Assembly (NCBI RefSeq): GCF_032062105.1
Contig: NW_026923819.1
Location: forward strand, 1 to 64,000
Reading direction: 5' to 3'
Length of the DNA: 64,000 bases
From: Saccostrea cucullata
Taxonomy: Eukaryota
This document shows, one piece after another, positions 41,601 to 53,675 of this stretch. Under the pieces are notes generated by a model, which saw only the letters and a list, made by a program, of their open reading frames with translations, ran no database searches and was not told where the DNA came from. The translations under genes were made by a program, and so were the position numbers. How positions within the stretch are numbered: position 1 is the stretch's first letter; each line of letters begins with the position of its first letter.

Positions 41601-44600
41601 GGGGGGGGTCAGCCAGAAAAAAAAATTATCTTTAAAAAAACTACTCAACCAAAAAAAGGGAGAGGGGGGTTGTGGAAACTCGAATCCAATTTCGCCGTTG
41701 GGGGGGGGGGGGTGTTAGGTTCAATCTTCTTTTAGTATCAATTTTTTTTAACAAACACAACACACTGCTTAATTCTTTTGTAGTGCACGAATTTGACTAT
41801 GCCGCAACAAAAAGTGTGTATCTGTGTGTGTGGGGGGGGGACTTTCAATGAAGCCCCCCCCGTTGCTACTTGCGAGGACTGTAATGGCCAATACTTTCTT
41901 TAAAAGTAGAAATATTTGTGTTTGTTTATTAATTCCTTTCCGTAGAGTCATGTTACATTTAGGATTATGATATACTAGTAAAGTCTTATCTCGATTTTAA
42001 CAAACCACTTGTCACTTTTACTTTTTGCTCTATCTATAGTAATGTATTCTTAATACATGTACCCGTATATCTGACATTGCCAGAAATTCGTACGTCTTTT
42101 CGCTTACTGTAATCTATATAGTTTTTTTCTTTTGGTTTATAAATATCCTCATTCATAATATCACTGTCGATGCAATATTGTTAATTCCACCAACATACGG
42201 TATAATGCTTTTGGGAAAAGTCTACACTAGCTGTATTTAATTTCTTAACATATTGCAATACAGGTTCGAGTAGGATTTCATTCAATCATTTCATCGGAAA
42301 TTTTTTAGAAAACAATAGTAATTTTTATCATACAATTCCTTTGAATGTATTTATTTGATCATTTTAAATGTGTTTTTGAAACAATTTTTTTTTAGCAAAA
42401 TTTTTCGTGCATCCCCATCCTCCGTATTTTCCCCCTTTTTTCCCTTAGCATGTTCTCTTACTGTTAATTTATATAAAAAAAAAATATTGTTGATGTAGAA
42501 GATTTCCCAGTATTTTTATTCAATCAAAGCGGAACTTTGTTTTTACCTTGAACTTTAACCGGTCTTTTAATTCGGAGATTTTTTCGGCTTGTCTACTTAC
42601 CCCCTCCCTTTTTTTTACACACTTTAAAATCGACAGTTCAGCGAAGACTGGCTATCGGGGTACATCAGTAAGATTAATTATGGAATAAAATTAAAATGGC
42701 TAAATACATTTTAAATTATGATATAAAAGTAGCGCTTATAAGAACGGTAATTACTCTATGTGCAAAGATCTCTCACTCGCTCTTTTTTCTTTTTTTTTCT
42801 CTCTCTCTGAAAAAATGTACATGTATATGGAATATGCAGCAGCTTTAATTTAGTCATGCATAGACATAGTTTTAATCGCTGTTCCTGTGTTCCACAGTAA
42901 TGTGCATACATGTATGTCCAATGCCCCGTATATAAATCAACAAGTTAAATACTTTAACAAAATTATGAATAAATTTACGTACTAAATAGTAAATAAAATC
43001 ATATACCTATTAAAAATGTCCGCATCAAATTGCAAATTTTTGATACACTTTGAAATTCAATTTTATTTCTTGTTCACAAAATGCAGTCAACAAAATAACT
43101 TCCGTGTTTACAATACCGCGACTTTGACGTCGTTTTCTGAGCATTGTGACGTCAAAAGATAAGGGCCCTTTTCTCATGACGGCAGTCAAATTATTTCCCT
43201 GGCATCGGGATCAAGATTCGAAAATTCTCGGAAGTTTCCGACAAAATCGGAAATACCCGAACCGTTGAAGTGACGAAAATCTGACGTCAGAATGAGATAA
43301 AAAGTTCTGTTGACTTAGAACGCAAACTCTATAGTTTTATGGAAAAAGAGATTGCTTTAAATCGTTCTTTTCATGTTAGTTGTAGCTATGTTTTAGCCGA
43401 GTTTCACGGAAGCAACCGACATAACTTCGTCAAAATTCGTAAGTTTCCGGTGACGTCATTTGTATCTTTTCCGAAGGGCAAGGTGAAGGCCGGTGTTGTG
43501 GCATGGGGGTATTTTTTTGAATAAGGTAAAGCAAAATCATTTCGTTAAGATTTCGGTAAGAAACAATGTTCCTTTAATTTTTTTACTTTTTTTGATTTAT
43601 TAGCGCAAAGGACATTGGGTGGTGCAGGAATTCTGGGAAGGTTTCACAGAGAAATTTGGCTGACGTATGTACAGATTTTAATCCGAATTTCCTCTGTTCA
43701 TACACGTTAGTCTATTGAGCTCGCTTCGCGAGCGTCGCTTCGCGACGCTCGCTGCGCTCGCTAATATGTTTTACGGTGTGACCGTTGGGGCGAGCGCAGT
43801 TTATTTACTCGTACTATCATAAACCTACACATGTACTGTCTATTATTCAAGAAAAAAAAGCAAAAAGAATAAAACAAAACAACAAAACGAAATCATTTTC
43901 CAAGCATCGGGATCAAGATTCGAAAATTCTCGGAAGTTTCCGACAAAATCGGAAATACCCGAACCGTTGAAGTGAAGAACTGACGTCAGAATGAGATAAA
44001 AAGTTCTGTTGACTTAGAACGCAAACTCCAGTTTTATGGAAAAGATATTGCATTATAGCGTTATTTTCATGTAAGTTTTTGCTATGTTTTAGCCGAGTTT
44101 CACGGAAGTAACCGACATAACTTCGTCAAAATTCGTAAGTTTCCGGTGACGTCATTTGTATCATTTCCGAATGGCAAGGTGAAAGCCGGTGTTGTGACAT
44201 GGGGGGTATTTTTTTGAATAAGGTAAGGCAAAATCATTTCGTTAAGATTTCGGTAAGAAACAATGTTCCTTTAATTTTTTTACTATTTTTGATTTATTCG
44301 CGCAAAGGTCATTGGGTAGTGCAGGAATTCTGGGAAGGTTTCACAGAGAAATTTAGCTGACGTATGTACAGATTTCAATCCGAATTTCCTCTGTTCATAC
44401 ACGTTAGTCTATTGAGCTCGCTTCGCGAGCGTCGCTTCGCGACGCTCGCTGCGCTCGCTATAATTAAATATTTTATTGATAAATTATCAAACGAAAGTTG
44501 CTTGTCACATGTTTTATTCTAGTCAGTAATATTTTGATGTCATAGGAAATTAGTTATTGTAAATCCCCTAGACTAAATGAGTGTATGTATATGCAATAAT

Positions 44601-45252
44601 ACATATGTTGTATGTTAGACTGTATAACTACTGAAACCTGCCAAATAAATGTAACGTGCTTCACCTCTCCTGTTCTTTATAGATTCTGCCAGGCCAGGGT
44701 AACTATAGCACACCTGCATTTTTTCTTCAATTTAAGACATGCTATGAACAACATTTGACAAACATATGCAATGCCCTAAAATATTTAACCATTTTTGCTA
44801 GAGGTAATTGAAAAAATAAATGAAATTCTACTTACGAGTGTTTTTGTTCAATAAATCAATGTATGTGGGTTAATCTTAACCATAACAACTACTCCCTTCC
44901 ACGTGGAAACATGTTTACAAAATCAGGAGTTGCTGTTTTGACACTTTAAAGTGCAATAGCACTTGACAGAATAAGAAACTGCAAACCAACTTTAACTTTT
45001 CAGGTAAAGAAACGTTTGTTTTCCAACTTTTTGCAATTTACAAATCTTATAATTCGAGATAACATAAAGTTTGACCTCTTTTCTCTCTCGATTTTCACCT
45101 GTACCATGTTGGTCTCGCCGAATTCTCGCGAGGAAAGCTGTCCGGATGTTTACTGATTTTGTTCATATTTTACTAAGTTTATCTCCGAATTCTTCCGATT
45201 TATGCTAATGAGGTTAAGAGGTGTGATAAGGTTCTATGCACATTGGTAAAAC
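35643..45252 (+). repeat. Segmental tandem repeat, copy 3
   Basis: Colinear with copy 1; runs into unique sequence after GGTAAAAC at 45252. Confidence 0.93.
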
Positions 45253-45574
45253 CTGAAAAATCTTCATTTTCAATCACTAACGCATAAACCTTTTCCGTTT
45301 TATTGTCATTTACAATCATTAAATTGTAATAACTTACAATTATTATGTTTGAAATTTAATAAAACATCTACTGATTTTATGATGTTTTAGACATCACATG
45401 TATGTATGCGCATGAAAATAAGTTTCAAGATAAGAAATTGTATTTAAAAATTGTGTATATATCAAATGTGTCAACATAGTTTAATATGTATCAAATTGTT
45501 AAACATTTTATCTGTTATTTCATTTACTCATTTTGTTGCCTGCAGATAATTACTAAAGAATTACCATAACTTTC

Positions 45575-48066
45575 TGAATAGGTTTGTCCTCAGCTTACGA
45601 CGGAACATCAACTCGGAAGGCGGTACTCCTGTCGTAGTATGAGGAGTCGTTCTGTATGCAAATAGATATTTTCGGATTCGGTCTTTCAATTATTAGACTC
45701 GGCTTGTGCTTACCGAATTCTTTTCATCAACAATCTGTTTTGTCGTTGTACCGCCCCGTTCGCTGATGAATATAACGGTGTAACTGCTCGGTGCTTGATA
45801 CAGTTATCTCTCAAGTGACCCTTGAATAAATTTGATTTGAATTGGGTTCCATTACCATAAGTTATTTGTAATGGAAGTTCCATGTCGACAAAACATTCCT
45901 TCTGGCGTGTCAATGATTTTCTCACTTGTAATATCCTTGGAAACTTCAATCTCGTAGTTTCAGCTGTAATAACCAACAACAACTAACACATACTGCCCAG
46001 ATGCTAACGGTCCAAGAATATCAATACCTAATTCTTGCCATGGCCCTGTTGATAATTGAGTAGGACTGATTGGTTCCGGTTTTGGAAACGCACTGGTACC
46101 GGTAATCTCCTCATCATTTTTGCAAAATATTAGAAAATAAATTTTAAAAAACAATAATTAGAAACAATTTAGAATTAACGATAAAAAATTAATGAAAATC
46201 AATAGAATCAGTTTTAGGGGAAGAGTACCAAGGTATACACATCACTGAAATCAAATGATTTTCCCGGATATTGTTTTACTATCGAATATTTCTGAGTTTT
46301 TCTGCAAGTGTAATTATACATTCTTAAAGAGTTTCTCTATTGTACATTTCACGCTATTAAACCCCAGTCGGCGTACGGTTTTGAGGTGTATATTTGATAT
46401 ATATTTGACCATTCGACGATTTCGATGTGTATACCGTATTTGAACATTCTGAAATTGTTTCAGTTGGTTTCGTCAAACAAACTTTAAGCTACTGAACATC
46501 CTTTCTCTTTTTGGAGTGACTGTCCGCATTTTATAAAAGAAAAAAACATACCTAAAATATGGATGCGTAACAAACTGAAAAAGTGTGAGAAAAAAGGTAT
46601 CAGTATGGTCAAATAAACATTAAGAAATTGTCGGAAATCCAACAGCTTTCGGGCGCTTCGCCCCCTGGAACCCCAACAGGGCTTCGCTCTGGACCTATTG
46701 GAAGGGCTTAGGGCGGCCCCCAAACCCCCGCCTATTTATGCGCCCACATCAAATGTACCCTGGCTACGCCCCTGTCTGACATCCGTGACACGATTTCACA
46801 TACTTCTCCATTTCCTTGTCCATCCTAGGCCACCACACTTAAGTGCATAACTGCTGTTTGTCCCAAACGATTCTTAGATGGCACTGGTGAGCTAACTGTA
46901 TACACTGCTTCCTCAGATTTCTCGAAATCACTATTCTGGATCCACGTAACACCACGAATCCAATACAACAAAGTTCATCTCGTAATGGGTAATAATCAAC
47001 GCATGATTTCTCCCACTTTTCCTCTTTGATGAATTTTCGGATCCTAATGAGTTCTTCATCCCTCCTTGAAGCTTGCTCTACTTCTCTAGTTCACAGTGCC
47101 TGGGGGGTTGTCTCCCTTACAATAAATTTCATATATTGCAGTTTCTTTTGAATTAGTACTGTTTTCTACAGGTGTCTTATCCACCAAACGAGATAACGTA
47201 TCTGCGATATTCTGATGTCCAGGTGGGTAACATAATTTGAAGTTGTAAGCCATAAGTTTTAATAGCCATCCTTCAATTCTTGCAATAGGTCTGGATTTTC
47301 TTCCATAAATCACTTCTAATGGCTTGTGATCTGTGATCAAAATTATTCTGCTAGCATTTGTCACTATCTGAGTTTTTTTCTGCATCTATTCTGTACTGTC
47401 CCAAAGTTTTTACATTTGACAAACAACTCTTTAAAGTGTCAAAACGTTTATTCTGTTTAGCTGTCCAGACAAACTTCACTTCCAAACGAGATTTGGTAGG
47501 TAACGAGCACTAAAGTGTACCAGTCCGAGGAAACCTTTCACTTCGGATCCATTTTTTGGTATTGTAGCATTGAGTAACGACTTGATCCCTTCACTAGTCG
47601 GTCCTATACCATTCTTTGAGAAGACATATCCCATGAATGTTATCTTGTTCATCCTAAATTAACACTTTTTTAGATTTAGTGTCAGGCTTTTATCATTGAG
47701 TCTCTGTAAGAAGTCGCTCATCATGTTCTGCTTTGTCACGACCATCAATAACAATATTGTCGGACATTTTCTGTACTCCTTCACAGTCATAAAACACTTG
47801 CAAAATCAATTTCTTATATTTCTCTGGAGCTGATGAAATGCCAAACATCAATCTCTTGTATCTGTAGATGCCTTTATAAGTAACGAAAATAGTGATCTCC
47901 ATTGACGATTCTTCCAGCTATTTGATGATATCCACTTATAAGGTCTAACTTACTAAACACCAGTAAAGTATGCCATCCACTGTTGGAATAGGATGCCGTT
48001 CACGAATTATGGCAGCATTGGCTTGTCTCATGTCGACACACAATCTTATGTCGTCATTGGTTTATG
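45575..48066 (-). pseudogene. Degraded Ty3/Gypsy pol (RT, RNase H, integrase fragments)
   Basis: [61 protein letters not shown] and PSELMFRRKLRT fragments with stops, frameshifts and deletions; interrupted at ~46110-46774 by a GC-rich MITE remnant. Confidence 0.85.
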
Positions 48067-48159
48067 TACAATAAAAAAATCCTTCGCCAAATCAGTGTAT
48101 AAATAATTGACTAACAATTGGTATGAGAAACGTCAGTATTAAGTAAAGAATCTTAAAGA

Positions 48160-48350
48160 AAGGTATTTTGAAATGTAAATATTTCGAATTAAACTTTCCG
48201 TGTGAACAGGGCATGAAACAAAGGACCTTGGTTTATACGGTCTTATCTGAAGGACCGGTCTCCCCGTCCTACAGTCGGATTCAAACCCTTGACGTAAACT
48301 CCTTACTTTTCGTCTCTAAAGCAGACGCTCTAACCACTGCGCCACACGGA
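48160..48350 (-). mobile_element. tRNA-derived SINE with V-domain-like core
   Basis: A box TGGCGCAGTGG, B box GGTTTGAATCC, then GGTCCTTCAGATAAGACCGTATAAACCAAGGTCC resembling the V-SINE domain; 3' boundary uncertain. Confidence 0.6.
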
Positions 48351-49629
48351 AGAGTTCATGATTTGAACAAATTTGAATGTACACCAACTGACAATGCTTC
48401 CATTTAATATGACAACCATCACTACTGGCTTTTAAAACCCCTGTCCGTATGAAAATCCACTGTCTTTCTCTGTATCCTACAGCATTTTCACAGTAATCTA
48501 CGGTATATCTACAGTATGCTACGGTATGCTATCTCTGTATATACAGTAAATCTCTGTATGCCACTGTATGTATCCCCAGCATGCCACAGTTACATACAGT
48601 AGGCCCCGATACGCCTACAGTATGCCACTGTATGGCTACTGTTTCCTACAGACAACTACGGTAAATCACAGTATATGCCCCAGTACGCCCTTGTATATGT
48701 TCATTGAAGCAAAGAGAAGAAGTTTACACACTCCCAGAGCACTGTACGGTTACCTAAGATGTAGGATTGTCAATTAAGTACACAGAGTTACTTACCTAAG
48801 AAATTTTTGAACATTATTTTAAACACATGGTAGTATTTTTTTAGTGTTAAGAGTTAAGAGACTAATTGTGTTCTTTTATAAGTCTGAAATAACTATGAAA
48901 TATTAATAAATTGTTGCTTCAAAGAATATTTATCAAATTTTAAAATTAATTATTTAATTATTTTTTTGTTTGATTTATTACTTAATTTATTTATTTTGCA
49001 AACACCTATTTAATCCATAAAACACTTGGAGTGACTTTGAACTTCAAAAAAAAAAAAACACGGCCGTGGTAATTCTGAATTTTGGAAAATTGTAGTTTTT
49101 GAAATTGATATAGTTTCCTTGAAAAAATAAATAAAATTAATTAAATGAAATTAATCATTTTAAAAACAAATCAATCTATTTCTTGACAAATACAGAGTTG
49201 CATAGTAAACTCGGCACAAAATAAATAAGGTAAGGTGGTAAGTGAAAATTAAATAAAATAAATGACTTTAAAAATACAAAATTAATAAATGAAATAATTA
49301 TTTATCTTATTCATTTATCAATTTATCTACAAATACATAGATAAACAAAATAAATAAAAATTAATTTATTCAAGATTATTTGATTTTATATCAAATAGTA
49401 AATTATTAATTTAGGACAGGGTTTTAATGTTTGGTTAGTTGGGACAAAGTGTACCCAAGTTATTATATCAGGAATATACAAAGTCGTATTACGAGTCAAA
49501 CTGTGTACGAATTAATTATAAAGGTGCACCGGAAGTTATCTCCCTTTTTAAACCAGCAAATTGTTGAAATCAGACGCTTTTTTCAACACCAAAGCAATCA
49601 AAAGCCATCACGTTAATTCAACTGAAATC

Positions 49630-50553
49630 ATGCCGCCAGTTAGAACGAGAGTGACCAAGAGAGCGTCCAGGAAGCGGAGGGAGACCATGGGCACCCCATC
49701 GAGAGGCAGTGGGAACCGGTGCAGTCAAAGCACTAGGCCCAGGACAAACCTCCCGCCAACACGCCAGGCCCCGGCCGAGGCAACAGACGCCGGTGGAATT
49801 CCCCCAGAAGCTCTTCCTCTGCCATCCGATAATATACAACCTACGCTGGCATCACAAATAGATCAAAGCATCCCTGAAATCCCCAGTGGAAGCGGTGAGT
49901 CAAATTTAAATTTTTCAAGTCAGCCAATGCAAGAAATCAGTTGTTATGATTCTGTAGGTTCACACGTCCCTCAGAAGATTAAAAACCAAATATGGGAGGG
50001 CAAATTTATCGACCTCTCACTGCTTACTAAAACAGCTTGTGAATTACAAGATTATGAATCACAAGGGGACATTAAAATTAAAGAAGGGCGGCTATGCATT
50101 GTGAAACCAAAAAGAAACACTTTTCTTACAATCGATAAGTAGACATCGGCTTTTATTATATTTACAAGTGTAATGATAGAGAAATTTCCAAAAAAGGCTC
50201 AAGAACTACTCAAGTATCTCAGAGATATCAGAATCGCTGCTACTAGGTCAAATAATTGGTTTAAATATGATGAGCAGTTTCGTTTAAAAATGGCCAACCA
50301 ACCCCAGCTGTCATGGGGTCAAATTAATCAGGAATTTTGGCTTTTGTATATATCTAACAAGCATGAAACTACTCAAACGTATAATCGTTCTCAAAGTCAA
50401 AGTTCTTACCCAAGCAATTCAAACCGTACTTCGGCATTTTATTGTAATCATTTTAACAAGGGAGTAAGTTGCCCTTTCTTCCCTAGGTGCAAGTACAGGC
50501 ATGCATGCAGCAAGTGCGGAGCTAACCACCCAAGTGCCAGGTGTTCAAAATAA
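49630..50553 (+). pseudogene. Ngaro/DIRS-type gag with one nonsense codon
   Basis: ORFs 49561-50142 and 50173-50553 share a frame; TAG 50140-50142 replaces W of the WTSAF motif; IWEGKFIDL, WFKYDEQFR and C-terminal CCCH/CCHC fingers. Confidence 0.8.
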
Positions 50554-52150
50554 TGGTTCAATATATTCTCTGGGCACAACACCAATCAAGTTACAAAATT
50601 TATGTAAACATTTAGTTGGATACTCTGATTGTGAATTCATATACCAGGGTTTTAAGTATGGTTTTAATCTCCAATATTCGAGCCCCAGTGCCCCCCGTGA
50701 ATCTTGTAACCTTCCTAGCCTCAAGGCTAATACAGTAATAGCTGAAAGTAAAATTCAAAAAGAAGTAACATTAAAACGAGTTGCAGGTCCTTTTGTTCAC
50801 CCACCATTTCCAAACCTGCAGGTCTCCCCCTTAGGCCTTGTGCCTAAAAAAGATGGTGACATGCGACTCATACATCATCTCTCTTACCCAGAAAACAAGT
50901 CAATTAACGATTTTATTGACCCTGAAGCATGTACAGTACATTACAGCAATATAGATCAAGCAGCAGAAATGATAGCTAAGGTGGGGAAAGGGGCCTATTT
51001 AGCTAAGACAGACATTAAGTCAGCATTTAGACTGCTCCCAGTATCACCAGGTGACTTTGACCTGCTTGGTTTCAGATTTCAGGACAAATACTATTTTGAT
51101 AAAATGTTACCTTTTGGCTCTTCCATCAGCTGCGCATTATTTGACAGGTTTGCATCATTCCTACATTGGCTCACTCAAAACTACTCCCAAAATGATCTGA
51201 TAATTCACTGCCTTGATGATTTCCTTTGTTGCGGCCCACCAGGCACATCAACTTGCCACAATGCCTTAAATGTTTTTAAATCCATATGTTCAGATATTTG
51301 TGTCCCAATAGATCATGACAAAACAGTCGAACCTACACAAGTCCTAACATTCTTTGGAATAGAATTGGACACGGTCAATATGACCATGAAACTCCCCTCA
51401 GAAAAATTAAACCAGATTAATGGCGTATAAGAACACTTTTTGAAGGCAAAGAAAGTCTCCCTGAGAGAAATGCAGTCACTTATTGGCTTATTAAACTTCG
51501 CGTGCAAGGCCATTGCCCCTGGCCGGGCGTTCTGCCGCCGCCTTATAAATTCAACAATAGGTATTACTAAATAGCATCACAGAATAAGGGTAACAAAGAA
51601 CATAAAAGCTGACCTCACAGTATGGAAATTTTTTTTGCAATCTTACAATGGAATATCAGTTATATTTACCCAGCCCTGGATTCACAATGACACAATTCAA
51701 CTTTTCACAGATAGCTCAGGGGGAACTAATGGAGGGTTTGGTATTTACATTAGGGGGAAATGGGCTTATGGGGTCTGGCCAAGCCTTTGGGTTGAACAAG
51801 GTATTACTAGGGACATGACTTTCCTGGAACTTTTCCCCGTCGTGGTTGCTATTATATTATGGCAGAGCCACTTTGCCAATTCCAGACTTGTCTTCCACAT
51901 TGACAGCATGTCAGTTGTCCACATCATCAACAACTCGACGTCGAAATCTGATAGGGTCATGAATCTTGTCCGCAAGCTTGTGTTAATATGCCTAAAGTCA
52001 AATATCTGTATTAAGGCCTTATATATCCCCACAAAACAAAACTTCATTGCAGACTCCTTATCTCGATTTCAGTGGGGCAGATTCAGGCGACTGGCACCGC
52101 AGGCAGACCTAGGGCCCACCCCACTACCAAGCCACATCTGGGAAATATAA
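50501..52150 (+). pseudogene. Reverse transcriptase-RNase H of a tyrosine-recombinase retrotransposon
   Basis: VSPLGLVPKKDG, RLIHHLSYP, KTDIKSAFR, LPFG, CLDD (Y>C), QSLIGLLNF, FTDSS, LELFPV, ADSLSR; in-frame stops at 51428 and 51572. Confidence 0.9.
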
Positions 52151-53022
52151 TGCTTGAAGCCAATCGATTACTACAATGTTCAATAGCACCATCAACACAT
52201 CGAGCATATTCAACAGCGCTGAACAAATTTCAAAACTTCATTTCAGAATTTAATTACCAAATTATTTGGCCAGCACCAGTGCAACAGCTTTTGAATTTTA
52301 TCGGTTTCCTCTCACTTAATAATATGTCATACAGAACTGTATCACTGTACCTAAATGCAATCTCATACATACACAAAATACATGGCTTTCAGGACACAAC
52401 AAAATGTTTCATAGTTTCTAAAACCCTGGAAGGGCTGCGTAGATCAGTAGGTACAAACAAAGACCAAAGAATCCCCATTTCATTTGAGCTTTTTCATAAA
52501 ATTATCCATTCCCTGCCCAATGTTTGCAGTTCCGGATATGAATCCGCCCTCTTTTCAGCAGCATTTACGCTTACATTTTATGGTTTGTTAAGAGTAAGTG
52601 AAACACTGGCACTCAATTTCTCAGACATTGCAATAAAGAATCAAAACCTTTGCCAAATTACTATTCAAAGATGTAAAACGGACCAAATCGGACAATCTGT
52701 TAAAGTAGATATCGACTCTCATACAGAATCCATCATCAGCCCAATCACAATCTTAAATAATTTTCTGCTTTTAAGAGAGGGGTTACAAACAAATGACAAG
52801 CTTCTTACACATCTAAATTGTAAGCCCCTTACAAAGTACCAGTTTCAAGCCATTTTACAAAAAGCATTACAATTCATTGGGGTCACAGGGCACTTTAGGT
52901 CACATAGTTTCAGAATTGGCATGGCAACCGAGCTTGCCAAACAACGCCTCTCAGATACTGAAATAAAAGCAAAAGGAAGATGGCGGTCAACTTCATATTT
53001 AACTTACATTAGGAGACAGTAA
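52150..53022 (+). CDS. Tyrosine recombinase (YR) of an Ngaro/DIRS element
   Basis: LRVSE, KTDQ, HSFRIG, GRW and YIR catalytic motifs intact; ATG overlaps the RT-RH stop (TAATG). Confidence 0.9.
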   Translation: MLEANRLLQCSIAPSTHRAYSTALNKFQNFISEFNYQIIWPAPVQQLLNFIGFLSLNNMSYRTVSLYLNAISYIHKIHGFQDTTKCFIVSKTLEGLRRSVGTNKDQRIPISFELFHKIIHSLPNVCSSGYESALFSAAFTLTFYGLLRVSETLALNFSDIAIKNQNLCQITIQRCKTDQIGQSVKVDIDSHTESIISPITILNNFLLLREGLQTNDKLLTHLNCKPLTKYQFQAILQKALQFIGVTGHFRSHSFRIGMATELAKQRLSDTEIKAKGRWRSTSYLTYIRRQ

Positions 53023-53033
53023 AGCTGTCCCCT

Positions 53034-53675
53034 ATGATTTTAGCACCTACTTACTCTACCAAAGATTTTTCAGGTACCCCAACCATTTGGATACTGGGAT
53101 CATCAATTCCATTCTGGGCAGGCCAGCATGCTGCAACCTATCGATCAGGGGGAAGTAACCTTAATTTACCTGCCACAATTTCTTGGCTAGGGCGTAGGGG
53201 TATGCTTTGGGATCAGTTAGACAAGGCAGTTTCGGATTATTTACTTCAGTACCCTACACCCAAATTTCTATTGATACACCTTGGGTCTAATTATTTAACT
53301 ACACCAGATTTAACAAGCATCAAACTTATTTATCAAATACAGTGCAGCCTGTATCGCTATAATGCACTTCTCCCAAGTACCACTTTAATTTTTACTTCAA
53401 TATTACCTAGGCTGTACTGGCATGGTGCACCTCCCAAAGCAGGTGCAAAAATTAACAAGAAAAGGCTCAAAGTTAACAAGTCTATCAAAAAGTTTATAAC
53501 TACTGAAGTTAATGGCTGCTACATAAATAATGACTCAACCATTAAAATCTCGGAATTGTTCAGGCATGATGGTACCCACTTGTCAAAAACTGGTCTTGAG
53601 GTTTACCTTAATAACCTGCAGTCTGCTCTACACATGTTTTTAAACAAGAGAACCAATGTATATCCTCCAAATTAA
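53034..53675 (+). CDS. SGNH/GDSL hydrolase-like ORF of an Ngaro-type element
   Basis: Blocks ILGSS, GRRG, IHLGSN and DGTHL; position downstream of YR as in hydrolase-bearing Ngaro elements. Confidence 0.8.
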   Translation: MILAPTYSTKDFSGTPTIWILGSSIPFWAGQHAATYRSGGSNLNLPATISWLGRRGMLWDQLDKAVSDYLLQYPTPKFLLIHLGSNYLTTPDLTSIKLIYQIQCSLYRYNALLPSTTLIFTSILPRLYWHGAPPKAGAKINKKRLKVNKSIKKFITTEVNGCYINNDSTIKISELFRHDGTHLSKTGLEVYLNNLQSALHMFLNKRTNVYPPN

